The notes under the pieces were generated by a model that searched no databases, was not told the origin of the DNA, and was given only the letters and a program-made list of their open reading frames with translations. DNA of 64,000 bases from the human T2T-CHM13v2.0 reference genome, Homo sapiens, in the NCBI RefSeq assembly GCF_009914755.1, contig NC_060939.1, one strand, 5' to 3'. The translations under genes were made by a program, and so were the position numbers. Positions 50,325 through 63,211 of this stretch are shown piece by piece. Numbering within the stretch: the stretch's first letter is position 1; the number at the start of each line of letters is the position of its first letter.

Positions 50325-51214
50325 GACCCGCTCTTAGATGATGGTGATGTTTAGCTCCCTGTTCTCCGCAGCCCGAAAAGAATGGCATGCAGCCTCTCCT
50401 GCTCCTCCTGCCGCCTCTCCTGTACCAACAGCTTCTCCACTCAAGCCTGGGTGCTCCTGGGGAGTCCTGCATTAGAGGAAGCAGCTGCTGGATCTGCTGT
50501 GCAGTGGGGTTGTCATGGGGGAGAACCCTCCCTGTCCTCTCCCGGTGCAGCCTCCATGCTATCAGTGAGGCTCAGCCCACTAAGATCTTCAGAGAGAGGG
50601 AGGGGGGTGGGAATCTGGGCACAGTGCGAGCCTCCCCTGCTCCTGCCTGCCCACCCCGCCTGAGGGCTCTACTCACCACCCTGCTTGTCCGCACATCCAA
50701 GCTCCTTGTGGGACTGGGGCTCCAGCTACTGGTCTGGCTGCTGCTGCAGACTCGGAGCCTCTTGGCTCTTCAGCTCCACCTGCCGGAAGACCCTGGGCAT
50801 GAGGACATGTGGTGGCTGGCTTCCAGATTCCTGGCCCATTAATAGGGTAGCGAGGACACTGTGGGGCTCTGTGGCCTGCCCAGGCCCCTGGCCCCTTGCT
50901 CCAGGCCTAAGAGACTGTCTCCCTTGCCTAGAACCCCATGCCTCCTTCCCTAGCATCAAATCTCACGTCCTTTTTCCCAGCATTTAAACTGTAGGCCACA
51001 GACTGGTGGAAAAGCAGGCGGAGCCAACCACCATCTGCTAAGTGTGCTACATGCCTAATGTTTCCACGTATTATCTCATTTAATCCTCAGCACCTCTGCA
51101 AGGAAAAGGCTAACTTCCTTTTGAAGTTAAAGAAACAGAGACTTAGAGATGCAAAGTAGTTGAATTATGACCAGTGGAACCGAGGCCGGAATCCAGTTTG
51201 AATCTAAGGAGTCT

Positions 51215-51530
<316 letters not shown>

Positions 51531-52219
51531 CATAAGGAGCCTCTTATACCACTGTCTCTTCCTCTGCTCTGTGATTGGGGGGCTCCATGCCTCTAGCTGG
51601 GATGATGATGTCCAGACCTGGGAGGACCCCAGGGCTACCCACCTCTAAAAGTCAGAGGGCAGGAAGCAAGAAACAGTCATAGGACTGCCCCGGAGGGTGC
51701 TGGGGTCACCTGTCCCCAGGCTGCAGCTGCCTGTGGCCTGGCACCTCCCCTCCCCAGAGGCTGGTGCCCGCCTCCCACATCTTCTTGGATGGGTCGGAGG
51801 TTACAGTCTCTTTCAGCTCACCCGACTTCTTCAGCTCCTTTACTTGCTGCTCCAACTGCAGTGTGCTCTTGTTCTCGTTGTTCTGGACAGAGAGAAGCAA
51901 TCAGTGGCCACCCACTAAAACTGGAGACCCCAGAACTTAGTGTCTGCCTCCCATGGCACCGGGAAGGGTGGAGGCAGGTTAGAAAAATATCCCCTCTCTC
52001 CCACAGCCATCAGAGCAGGGCTCTGGCTCACAGATGCCTTTAGAAGTACCATTTCATGTGAAGGCTACAATGCCCCATTTTACAGGTGGGGAAACAAAGG
52101 CCTTGAGGGCTAGGGAAGAGGGCAGCCTCCCCAGGTGGGGCAACGCACCAGCTCCTCGAAGCCGCTGCGTGGCTCGGCCCGCTGCTCGTACAGGGCTTCC
52201 CACCCCAGCTCCAGCATCC

Positions 52220-53100
52220 TCTCCAGCTCCCGCAGCCTCTCCAGCTCCCGCAGCCTCTCCAGCTCCTGCAGAGTCTACTGCTGCCACAGCCTCTCATCCT
52301 GTTGCCGAAGCCTCTCCTGCTCCAGGAGCTCCTCCACCTCGTCCAGGAGCTCCTCCACCTCGTCCAGCAGCCTCTCCCTCTCCAGCAGCCTCTCCTGCTC
52401 CTCCTGCCGCCTCTCCTGTTCTAACAGCTTCTCCACCTCTTCCAGCAGCCTCTCCCTCTCCAGCAGCCTCTCCTGCTCCTCCTGCTGCCTCTCCTGTTCT
52501 AACAGCTTCTCCACCTCTTCCAGCAGCCTCTCCCTCTCCAGCAGCCTCTCCTGCTCCTCCTGCCGCCTCTCCTGTTCTAACAGCTTCTCCACCTCTTCCA
52601 GCAGCCTCTCCTGCCCTGGCAGCTTCTCCTGTTCACACAGCCTCTCCTCCTGTTCACGTAGCCTCTCCTCCTGTTCACACAGCCTCTCCTCCTGTTCACG
52701 TAGCCTCTCCTCCTGTTCACACAGCCTCTCCTCCTGTTCACGTAGCCTCTCCTCCTGTTCACACAGCCTCTCCTCATGTTCACGTAGCCTCTCCTCCTGT
52801 TCACACAGCCTCTCCTCCTGTTCACGTAGCCTCTCCTCCTGTTCATGTAGCCTCTCCTCCTGTTCACGTAGCCTCTCCTCCTGTTCACATAGCCTCTCCT
52901 CCTGTTCACACAGCCTCTCCTCATGTTCACGTAGCCTCTCCTCCTGTTCACACAGCCTCTCCTCCTGTTCACACAGCCTCTCCTCCTGTTCACGTAGCCT
53001 CTCCTCCTGTTCATGTAGCCTATCCTCCTGTTCACGTTGCCTCTCCTCCTGTTCACGTAGCCTCTCCTCCTGTTCACGTAGCCTCTCCTCCTGTCTCCTG
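52220..53100 (-). repeat. Coding VNTR: ~22 x 21-bp heptads, ~3 x 78-bp units, 2 x 21-bp, ~3 x 18-bp
   Basis: Units [R/C/H][39 protein letters not shown] and RELERL. Confidence 0.95.
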
Positions 53101-53248
53101 TTCAGGAGACTCAACATCTGATTGTTTTCCACCTCAGCCTGGAGCTGTCTTCCCACACTCTCTAGCTCCTTCCTTAGGTGGTTGGTCTCATCTTGTAGCT
53201 GCTCTACCTTAGATGGCCCTGCTGGGGGCTCTGGGGCCAGGGGTTCAG
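52275..53248 (-). CDS. GOLGA6L: GOLGA6L exon 6 coiled-coil coding segment up to the premature stop
   Basis: [51 protein letters not shown](QEERL..)n...QQDERLWQQ*. Confidence 0.8.
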
Positions 53249-56200
53249 CTGAGAAAGGAAGCAGACAATAAGGGCCTCTGGATTCTCAAAAAAAAAAAAA
53301 AAATCCTCCCTTCGGTGCACAGCTCCTCCTCTCAGGCTTCCCAAACTTGGCCTCACTGCTAATGACTCCTCACACCCGGATGGTAGCCAGTCTTCCAAGT
53401 CACTTTCAGATAGAGAGCACTGTGGGTGGCTGACAATGGGCACTCCTCCCTCTTTACTGATGGGGACACTGAGGCTCATGGAGATGACAAGACTTGTCCT
53501 CCCCTGGCACAGACCTCTTTCCCTCTGCCTCAAAGCCCTTCCATCCACCCACCTCCCTGGGGCATTCTAAGTCACCCCCACAGCCCTCTAATGCCAGTCC
53601 AGCTGCCAGGTCATGCCAGCCCCATCTTACCCGTCTGGTTTTTGAGTTTGAACAAGCTCCTCCCAAGCTTCTGTACCAGATGTATCTCATGCTTCTTCTC
53701 CTCCTTAGATGTGCGAACCTGCCCAAAGCAAAGGGGGAAAAGGGCCCTGGAGGGAGGGGCTGGTGAACCTCCAGAGACAGAGTTTGAGAAGGGCCCACCC
53801 CCCTTCTGCCAGTTTGTGATTTAGAAACGTGCATTCATTCAATAAACATTTACTGAGCATGTACAGGCCAGGTACAGTTCTTCATAGCAGAGATATAAAA
53901 CAGCAAAGGACAGACAGGAGCCCTTGGCCCTGAGGTTTCCATTCTAGGGGCCTTTAAATCTCTGACTTTCAGAGCTAACCGAGACCTTTGATACTCTCTA
54001 CCTCCTCCAGAAACACGAGCATAAAGAGGAGAGATGGCTTGTCCAGACTCAAAAAGCAAATTAGGGACTGAGGCAGGGCAGAAATATGGACCCCTGACAA
54101 CCAGTCAGGCTAGTGCTTCCCAGAGAGGTGACAACCCCAGGGCATGTGTGGCAAGGACTAGAGCAGGGGTGTCTGGAGAAGAGAGAGTCAGCAAAGAGGG
54201 CAGTGCAGAAGAGCCATGCTGCATGTTCTGTGCTCTGGGGTCCCTCCAGGTGAGACCTGGGTGCCCAGCTCCCCATTTGCCCTTGGCATCAGGGGCCCCT
54301 AGCTCCTTTCTTCAGGGCCCCAAGAGGAAACTGGAGTCCAGGATTGACCAGCTGTAATCAGGGGACCCCACTGGACTCTTACCAGTGAATTGATGTTTTC
54401 AGTGAGTTGACTGATTATTGCGGAGCTTGAATCCAGGGCCACTGCTAGTTCTTGGTACTGGCTCTGAGGTGCATGCAGAGAGAAGGAGTTGGAGGAAGAT
54501 TGTGGGGAGGGGTAGAGAGAATAATCATTAGGGCTGGTGGGGGTGTGTGGGCTGCCTCAGCTGGCAGAGGGGCAACAAGCCCCTGCTGTGGGAGGAGGTT
54601 GGAGGGCTGGCCTGCAGGGTCACTGCACCTCGGCCCAGGGCCTCTTACCTCCAGATCCTCCAGGGTAGTAGAGGATGCACGGCCCTCCCCGTAGATACCT
54701 GTTGCTGACTGCAAGAGATGAGAGTGCACATGGAGATGTTCTGTCCCCCCTCACTGTCTAAGCCCTCTGACTTCCTTTCTTCCCCCATCAACTGGCAAAA
54801 GCTTCTTTTCTGCCTATCTTGGACCCTTTTTCCCATAACTCCTTTGTGCCAACTTCTCTCGTGGTTCTTATCTCCCCACCATCCCACCCTGGGGCCCTTT
54901 CAGTGACTCCTAAAGGGACAGCCTGATGGCAAGTGGCTCTTCTCATTGGCCTGGCTTCCCCTTGAGACTGGGGATGAGGAAAATCAAACAGCAACGACCA
55001 TTTCCTCGGTGTCCTGGGTGTTTGCAGCAGGCCATGTACTAAGGATTCACATAAAAGCAACAATAACGAATCTCATTTAAACTTCACAAATGGAAGTCAA
55101 AAAATACCACCTCTATTATACAGATGTGAAAAGAGAGGCCCAAAGACCTCAAGCAACTTGCCCTAAATCATATGCTAATCAATCCCTAATCAATTCTTAG
55201 CAGATGGAGAGGCAGGATTCAAATCCAGAATTCTTAACCAGTACCCAACAGTCCATCTACAATCTTAACAATTACCCTCTACTGCCCCTTGGGCCCCCTG
55301 TCCCCAGGACCCTGGCCCGCCGAGACTCACATCCCCAGGTGAGTGGTAACCACCAGAAGTGGCTGTGTCAGGGCTACTGCCATTGATTTTCTTTTTCCTG
55401 TTAGCTCCTGCTGGAATGCCAGGGCTCTTCCTCTGCCAATATGCTTTTAACTGTGGGAAAGAAGAGCGGTAACACTCATGAGAATGATCAGCCCCTACAG
55501 CCACATCCTCCTTTACAGTTTTGACAAAATACCCTTATATACCATCTGATGTAATGCCACCAACAACTGTACAAGGTGTTGTCACAATCACTTAGTGACT
55601 GAGAGGGATTGATATCATGGATAGAAAAAAAAAAAAAAGAAAGATCAAAAAAGGCAATACTGGAACTTAAACTCAGTCCTCTGACTCCAAGCTCTGGGGT
55701 TTTGCCATGAATCAGCAGCTTCCAGGGACCAAAACCAGGGGCAGAGGTAGAAAAGTAAACATTAAGCAGGCAGGAACTGTAGGCCGTGTGGTTTAGAGTC
55801 ATACATCCTCACAGGTCTGCTAGCGTGAAGAAGCGTACCAGTACCTCTCACACTTTCATATCAATGTGTCCTCATGGCAGAAGGCAGCTTTTCTATTAAA
55901 TCTGGGAATTTATCAGAAAGAGGACAACCCAAGCCTCATTTCAGAGCGAAGTCTGGTATACGCTTGGAAACCTATGTGTCTGTCATCCCTAAGTACATTA
56001 ATGCATTTTCTCAAGAGAATCAAGGGAAAATGATGCTTCAGAAAGATGTCCCACATTTATCCTGTGGCACTCAAAGTACCCCAGGTTGAGACGATATGAG
56101 GAAGATTCAAGCTGTCAAGTTCAGTTTCCCAAGATCTATTCCACAGAAGATGAGCAAATCTCACTTCAGAGGCCACTGACTGAAGGGCAGTCTGGTCCCA

Positions 56201-57289
56201 GAACCGTGGAGAACTCAGAAAAAAATGTTAAAGTCTCTCTGGAAAGTAGAAGCCTGGGAAAAAACCAAACCAAACCCATTCTCCCATTGCCACCCAGAGA
56301 TACTGTGAACATTTTGAGCTCACAGGGGAAGTGTAGGCTTTTCCCACTGTCAATGCCTATGTTAAGGGAGTAAGGCAGCCTGAAACCTCTTGCTCCTAGG
56401 TCCCATAGTCTCCACTCCCCTTCCAGCTGGAAATTTGTGCTGCAACCAGAGGAACCAGAAATGGGGTGAGAAAACTTAGGGGACTGGGTTGTAAGATCAA
56501 AGGCCGGTCTTGCAGCAGTAATGACAGTTCCTAGGGGCACTGTGACATCATTGCATTCCACTCCTCCCAGGGGAGAGGACCACATCAGCGCGATGCCCGA
56601 GTCGCTGCTCCACGATGGGGGAGGGAAACACACGGTTTCGACCCAGGTCCTCAGAGACGCCAGCCCAAGAAGCCTAGGGAGGTCGAGCTTGGGGCAGCAG
56701 GAGGGGAGGGCAGAGTCTGCAGTAGGGAGCCCCGGGAGTCACCAGCCCAAAGCCACCCAGGGATGACTGGTGAGGGCAGGGCCTGGGGCTGGGGGACCCA
56801 GGTCCTGGGAGACGCAAGCCCAAAGAGCCCAGGGAGGTTGGGCTTGGGGTGGCAGGAGGTGAGGGCTGATTATGGAGCAGGGAGCCCCAGGAGTCACCTG
56901 CCCAAAGTCACCCTGGGGTGATTGGCAAGGGCAGGGACTGGGCTGCTTGCTGAAGGGGTGGGGCTGACTGACTAGGCTTTGGTTGGGGTAGCCCAGAGGG
57001 GCTGGGGTTGGGGGGCCCCATGTGGTATGCCTCAGGAGTGGTATGGACTCTGGCACCGGTCTTGTCATCGGAGGGGATCTGTGGCTGGGTTGGGGGCCAT
57101 GACCTGGTGTGTTTTACCTTTTTCTTGGCTGCGGCCAATTTCCCCTGTTGTGTTTTTTCTGACATCGCAGGGTGGGGAGGGAGGCGGGGTTGGGGCCACA
57201 TCAGCGAAATACCAGTGAGCACTGCTCAATGCCTCCAGTCACCTACCAGGCAGCTGTGCAACTGAGCCACAGGTGGCGTAACCAGGGCA

Positions 57290-57490
57290 CCAATGGAACG
57301 CAGAATAGGGGCGTGGCCTTAAGGCTCCAAGCCCATTGGTCAGTGAGAAAGATGAAAGGGAAAGGAGGCGTGGCCAGGCAGCAGCATGTCCAGAGGGACC
57401 TGTGGCATCATAAGGAAAGCTGCCCATGCAACTGCTGTCCCCGCCCACTAAGAGGGGAGGGGCCACCCACTCTGGGAGAGGGGAAGGGCT
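57290..57490 (-). promoter_or_regulatory. Putative GOLGA6L proximal promoter
   Basis: GC boxes GGGGCGTGGC (57308) and GAGGCGTGGC (57365), and minus-strand CCAAT (57335-57339), 100-170 bp upstream of the ATG. Confidence 0.5.
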
Positions 57491-57827
57491 GGCTTTTGCT
57501 TTAAAAGCTTTAAAACTGTTAAAAATAAACTTTAAAAAATATATGTGTGTATACTTTATATATGTGTGTCTGTGTGTATCTATGTGTTCCTCCAGAGCTG
57601 TCTTCATTATCCAGCTTCTATGCAAAGTCTATGATTTTGGCCTATATTTTTCATCTTCAAATGGAGCACAAGAATTACAAGTATTACCTTAACTGAGATA
57701 TAGATCCTATAAAAATGGAAAATCCATAGCATTCTTGATGATTAATGAAGCCGACTATAGTATCCGACATTCCAATAACAGAATATAATCACAATGATTT
57801 CTCTTTTTTGGAAAAATGTTTGTCTTA

Positions 57828-58256
<429 letters not shown>

Positions 58257-58551
58257 TTAAAGCTCTTTATTGGTTTAAAACAAATACAAGGCCCACTTTT
58301 CTAGAATCACCAGGCCTCTCTAGGCCTTGCAAATGAAACTGAATTTCTCACTTGATACCTGGCTATGACTTGCAGTCATGAAAACCAAGAATTGTGTTAT
58401 GTCACTGTGTACTGCTTGTTACCTGAAATCCACACTAGGCTGGGATCAAGGGTTGAATCTTTCATGATTTTCTCCATAACCTGTGTGCTTCTTATCCCAG
58501 ACTGAACTAAGCTTTTTTCTAGAGTTCTACAATTTACACTTAATAGACAAG

Positions 58552-58715
58552 AGTGGTTCTCAAAATGTAGTCTATGGACTAGCAGCACCAGCAGCACCTG
58601 AGACCTTTTTATAAGTGCAAATTCTCAGGCCCCACCCTGGACCTGGTGAATCAGAAACTCTGGAGTAGGGTTCAGCAATCTGTGCTGCAGTAATCCCTCC
58701 AAGTGTTCAAGAACC
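58552..58715 (+). mobile_element. MER5A-type hAT element
   Basis: AGTGGTTCTCAAA...GCAAATTCTCAGGCCCCACC...GAATCAGAAACTCTGG. Confidence 0.8.
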
Positions 58716-59461
58716 TCTGGCATACAGCAGGTAGAAAAATGTGTTTCCTTCTGTAGGTCCAAAGCCAGGGTTACCATATGTTCTGCCTTGTTATGAAACA
58801 ATGACATGCAATTAAAAGACAAGAATCTCCTTCCTACTCGCACCCTCCATCCAATGTGTTTTATTTGTATGAGTTCCATAAGAAAAACAAGCGGCAATCA
58901 GAGATTTAGTCTAAAAAGTATGTTTACAAGTGTCCGTTCTCATCCAGCCTGATCTCCTACAAAACCATTTACATCCTCTTACATCTCAAGTTTTAAAAAA
59001 GTATCTTCACAATGTAAGACTCACGCACACTAGCAGTTCTATAATAAAACACCAAGTAGATCAGAATGTCCAACCTTACTAGAGAAGAAAAGTGGAATCA
59101 TTGGCTATATTTTCAAATTGCATTCAACAGGAAATTTAAGTTTTGAATTTTTTTCAAAACTTTCTATTACTTTATACTTCCAAAGTAATAGAATTAAACC
59201 AGAATACGCCATTCTTTCAAAGCCTCTAGCCAGGCAAAGTTTTACTGTATTATTTCTTGCTTTCAATGGATATAAAGCAGATTCCTGGTAGGCACATTCT
59301 GTATACCTGCAAAGATGCAGAACTAAACAGTTCCATCTGTTCAATATTAAACCAAAAGTCCTGTAGACCTCGAATGGTGAGTGTAATACTTCAGCACTAG
59401 CCCAAAACCTCAAATATGAAAAGATACCAAGAACACCACTAGCAAACAAAACTAAACTCTC

Positions 59462-59737
59462 GGTCAGGAGCAGTAGCTGACACCTGTAATCCCGGCACTT
59501 TGGCAAGCCGAGGTGGGAGGATTACTTGAAGTCAGGAGTTCAAGACTAGCCTGGGCAGCATAAAGAATTCACATCTCCACAAAAATTTTTGAACATTAGC
59601 TGGGTGTGGTGGCACATAGCTGTAGTCCTAGCTACTTGGCAGGCTGAGGTGGGAAAATTGCTTGAGGCGAGGAGTTCAAGGCTGCAGTAGCTATGATTAT
59701 GGCACTGCACTCCAGTCTGGGTGACACAGCGAGACTT
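59462..59737 (+). mobile_element. AluJ-type element
   Basis: Diverged dimeric Alu without a tail. Confidence 0.85.
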
Positions 59738-59849
59738 AGATAATTACATTTTCTCCTGCTCCTGTTTACACTAAAATCACGAAGTTAAAAGGCTTTCAAA
59801 TTTGGCAGGATAAAAATTAAGTGAAATGTGACTTTGGAGCTTGGCTAGT

Positions 59850-60120
59850 GAAAGAAAGAAAGAAAAAAAAGGGAAGAAGGAGGGAGGGAGGGAATAAAGA
59901 GAAAGAAAGGAAAGGAAGAAAGAGAGAGAGGGAAAGAAGAAAGAAAGAGAAAGAAAAAGAAAGAGGAAAGAAAGAGAGGGAGGGAGGGAGGGAAAAGAAA
60001 AGAAAGTAAGAATGGAAAGCAAGAAAGAAAAGGAAAGCAAGGAAGGAAGAAGAAGAAAGAAAGAAACAAGGAAAAGAAAGAAAGGGAAAGGAAAGGAAAA
60101 AGAAAAGAAGAAAAAATGAA
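59850..60120 (+). repeat. GA-rich polypurine low-complexity tract
   Basis: About 270 nt of (GAAA/GGAA/GGGA)n. Confidence 0.95.
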
Positions 60121-60860
60121 ATGACAAATTACTTACTGGGAGAAAGTTTTGTCACCTCAATGACAGATAAAAGGCTTGCATCCTTAGACTATAAAGAAAT
60201 CTTTAAAATTACTGAGAAAAAAAAACAAATGATTTTCAACCGAAAATGGGCAATGGAGAAACTGGCACTTCTCACAAGAATAAAAATGGCCAGTGGCATA
60301 TACAAAGATTCAAAAGCACAAGAAATCAAAGAAATGTCATGAAAACAATGAGATTTTCTGTATAAAGGCAGGAAAGATGACAAATGGAAAGGGGAACCTG
60401 GAGCTCTGTCCTTGTTGGTGGGAGTATAACCTGAGTCACTTTTCCTGGAGAATGATTTGAAAATTTCTATTAAAAACCCTAAAAATTATTTTCCTCCAGA
60501 AATTCTACTTCTATGAATTCAGTCCAAAAATGTTTGCTCGAGCCCATTAAAATGTGTGTATAAGAAAATTCACCTCTGGGGTGGCAGTGATTAACTTAAT
60601 ATACATCCAGCTATTAAAAATGATGATGCCAGGATATATTTACTGCCACAGAAATATGCCCAAAATATAGTAAGTGACAAAAGACTACATACTACGATTC
60701 TACTTTTTAAAAGGTTTATGTGCATAAAAACGTATAAAAAGCAACAAACCACAATGTTTTGAGTGGCAAATTAAAGATTTTTCTTAATATTTGTCATCCA
60801 AATTATTACAAAAAGAATGATTTCCTTTATAATGAGGGAGAATTGTTATTTTCATTTATT
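60120..60860 (+). mobile_element. Old L1 (L1ME-like) 3' fragment
   Basis: Motifs AAAATGGGCAA, TTGTTGGTGGGAGTATAA and CCAGAAATTCTACTTCTA. Confidence 0.6.
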
Positions 60861-62174
60861 TATATTTAAATCTCTTTTCTTTTTCTGATTTTGTTTTCTC
60901 CTGTATGTATCCCATGTAGGCTAGAATCCCTGCCTCTTGAGGTAAATCAGCCCATTTTTGGGAAGTGCGCTACAGAAAGCTGCCCCAGCTTCCTTTTAAG
61001 AGATCTGGAGACATTTTTTATTTCAAATTGTTTTATCGTTCTCAGATTATTTTGTTTAATATATGAAATTGAGGAAAAGACAAAGGAAAGGCTGACTCCC
61101 TACCCTCCTGGGGCTACTCTTCCAATTTTTGCTGCTATTGTTATATATTAATATTCACTGGGTACTAAAAAGATGGGCAGCCCCTTAGATCATTTGTTCT
61201 TATCTCTTTCTCATAATCCTACTTCATTCCTTCATTCACTTATTTTTAAAAAGGTCATGTGTACAAACACATGGTTCAGAAAATTTTTAAATATAACTAC
61301 CTATAAAAGTATGTGGCCAAATCCCATTCACAGTCTTATTCTCCTTCTACAGCCAAACACTTTTAATTGGTTTCTTATATATCATTTAGGAATTTATGTT
61401 TGCAAATACACACGTATATTCTTATTCTACTCTTCTCTCTCAACACAAAAAGTAGCATACCATACATACTATACCATTCCTTGTTCCTCTTAAAACACAC
61501 ACAATATATGTGAGTTCTTCTACATGAGTACAGAGGTCTTTGTCATTCTTCTTTACAACCGCACAGTATTCATCGTTTGGATGTACCACAGTTTACTTAA
61601 CCAGTTCCCTGTTGGTGGACACTGAAGTCATCCCTATCATACTATTACAAACAATAATGCCAAGCATAACCACCCACATACCAAGTTCATTTCTGAATCT
61701 GCCTTTGATGAAGCCTCTATTTGAATCACCACAAGGTCACAAGGCTGAAAAGTTAGCCAATTTTTTAGTTTTCATTATGTACAGCAGTATGTAGCAAAAG
61801 ACTCCCTTGGGCAAAGCAAATGTGCTCTTTGGGGATTTACTGCATAACAATAAATGGATTAACACCAAGGAGAAATATTTCTATTTAACCATGCACATGT
61901 ATGTATATAATACATGCATATGCATAGATAGTATACAATAAATCCATCAAAGCATTAAGCATTGTCTCAGTATGGTGGATCTATGGAGTGCTTTGTAGAC
62001 AGCCCTCCTTGCCTATCAATTCTTTCTAGTTTCAAAACAGTGAATATGTACTATTTTTGCAATATAAAATTTCAATAAATGTTAACTCAAGCCAGATACA
62101 TTCCTTCAGTCTGTCCTATATTTGTATGGTGCTCCAGAGTGCTCAAATATCATTTCATTAAAAAAATTTACTTA

Positions 62175-62312
62175 TTTTTTTTCAAATATAGAAACAGGCA
62201 GGGCTTTGCTCTGTTGACCAGGCTGGTCTTGAACTCCTAGATCCTCCTGGATCCTCCCACTTCCACCTCCCAAAGTGCCGGTATTACAAGTGGGAGCCAT
62301 CCGGCCCGGCCG
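62175..62312 (-). mobile_element. Alu monomer (FLAM-like)
   Basis: CCAGGCTGGTCTTGAACTCC...CTCCCAAAGTGC...CCCGGCC. Confidence 0.75.
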
Positions 62313-62897
62313 GCTTCATTTGAGAAATATTTCCCCAGAACTCCATATATTATGAATAATTCCTTTCTTCTTGTTTAGATACCATCTTAGTCATATCTCT
62401 GTTACCTCACTTGTCACATGATAATCAGTTGCTCACCCATCCATCTCCCTTGATTGCTCGAGAAGAGTCTGATTTTCAGCACCTTGAACAGTGTGCAATA
62501 CATACATGCTTCATACGCAGAGAAGGAAATGATATCACTACAGTGTAATTATTCCCAGAATTCAATGCCCGTATTTGTAAATTGTTCCAGATACTCTGCC
62601 AACAACCTGAGAATGTTATGTGTTTTCCCTAAAACTTCCATCCATTACTGAGTGTCTACGGTCATAGTTAACTCAGTTGCGATCTGACCTCTGGCCAAGC
62701 CCATTCATAGCTTGTATTATAGGTGATTTTTAATTTTAATTTTTGATTTTGATAGTTTCCTTTTTGTTTTTTTAATCTAGCAGTGTTTGGTAAACTTCAA
62801 CATCTCTATATCCCTGTGTCTTTGCACCTACTGGTCTCTGCTTGGAATAATAGCTCAAGGTTTTATTCACCTGGAAAAAATTTCTACTTACCCTTAA

Positions 62898-63211
<314 letters not shown>

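Noticed and set aside
52577-53077. 166-aa (VNRRRG)n ORF
   Set aside because: Alternative frame of the same 21-bp repeat.
52034-53212. 392-aa Pro/Ala-rich and 328-aa Ser-rich + strand ORFs
   Set aside because: Antisense shadows of the stop-poor GOLGA6L VNTR; no independent promoter or splice evidence.
59777-60127. Phe/Leu/Ser-rich membrane-like and Lys/Arg/Glu-rich ORFs
   Set aside because: Translations of the GA-rich low-complexity tract.
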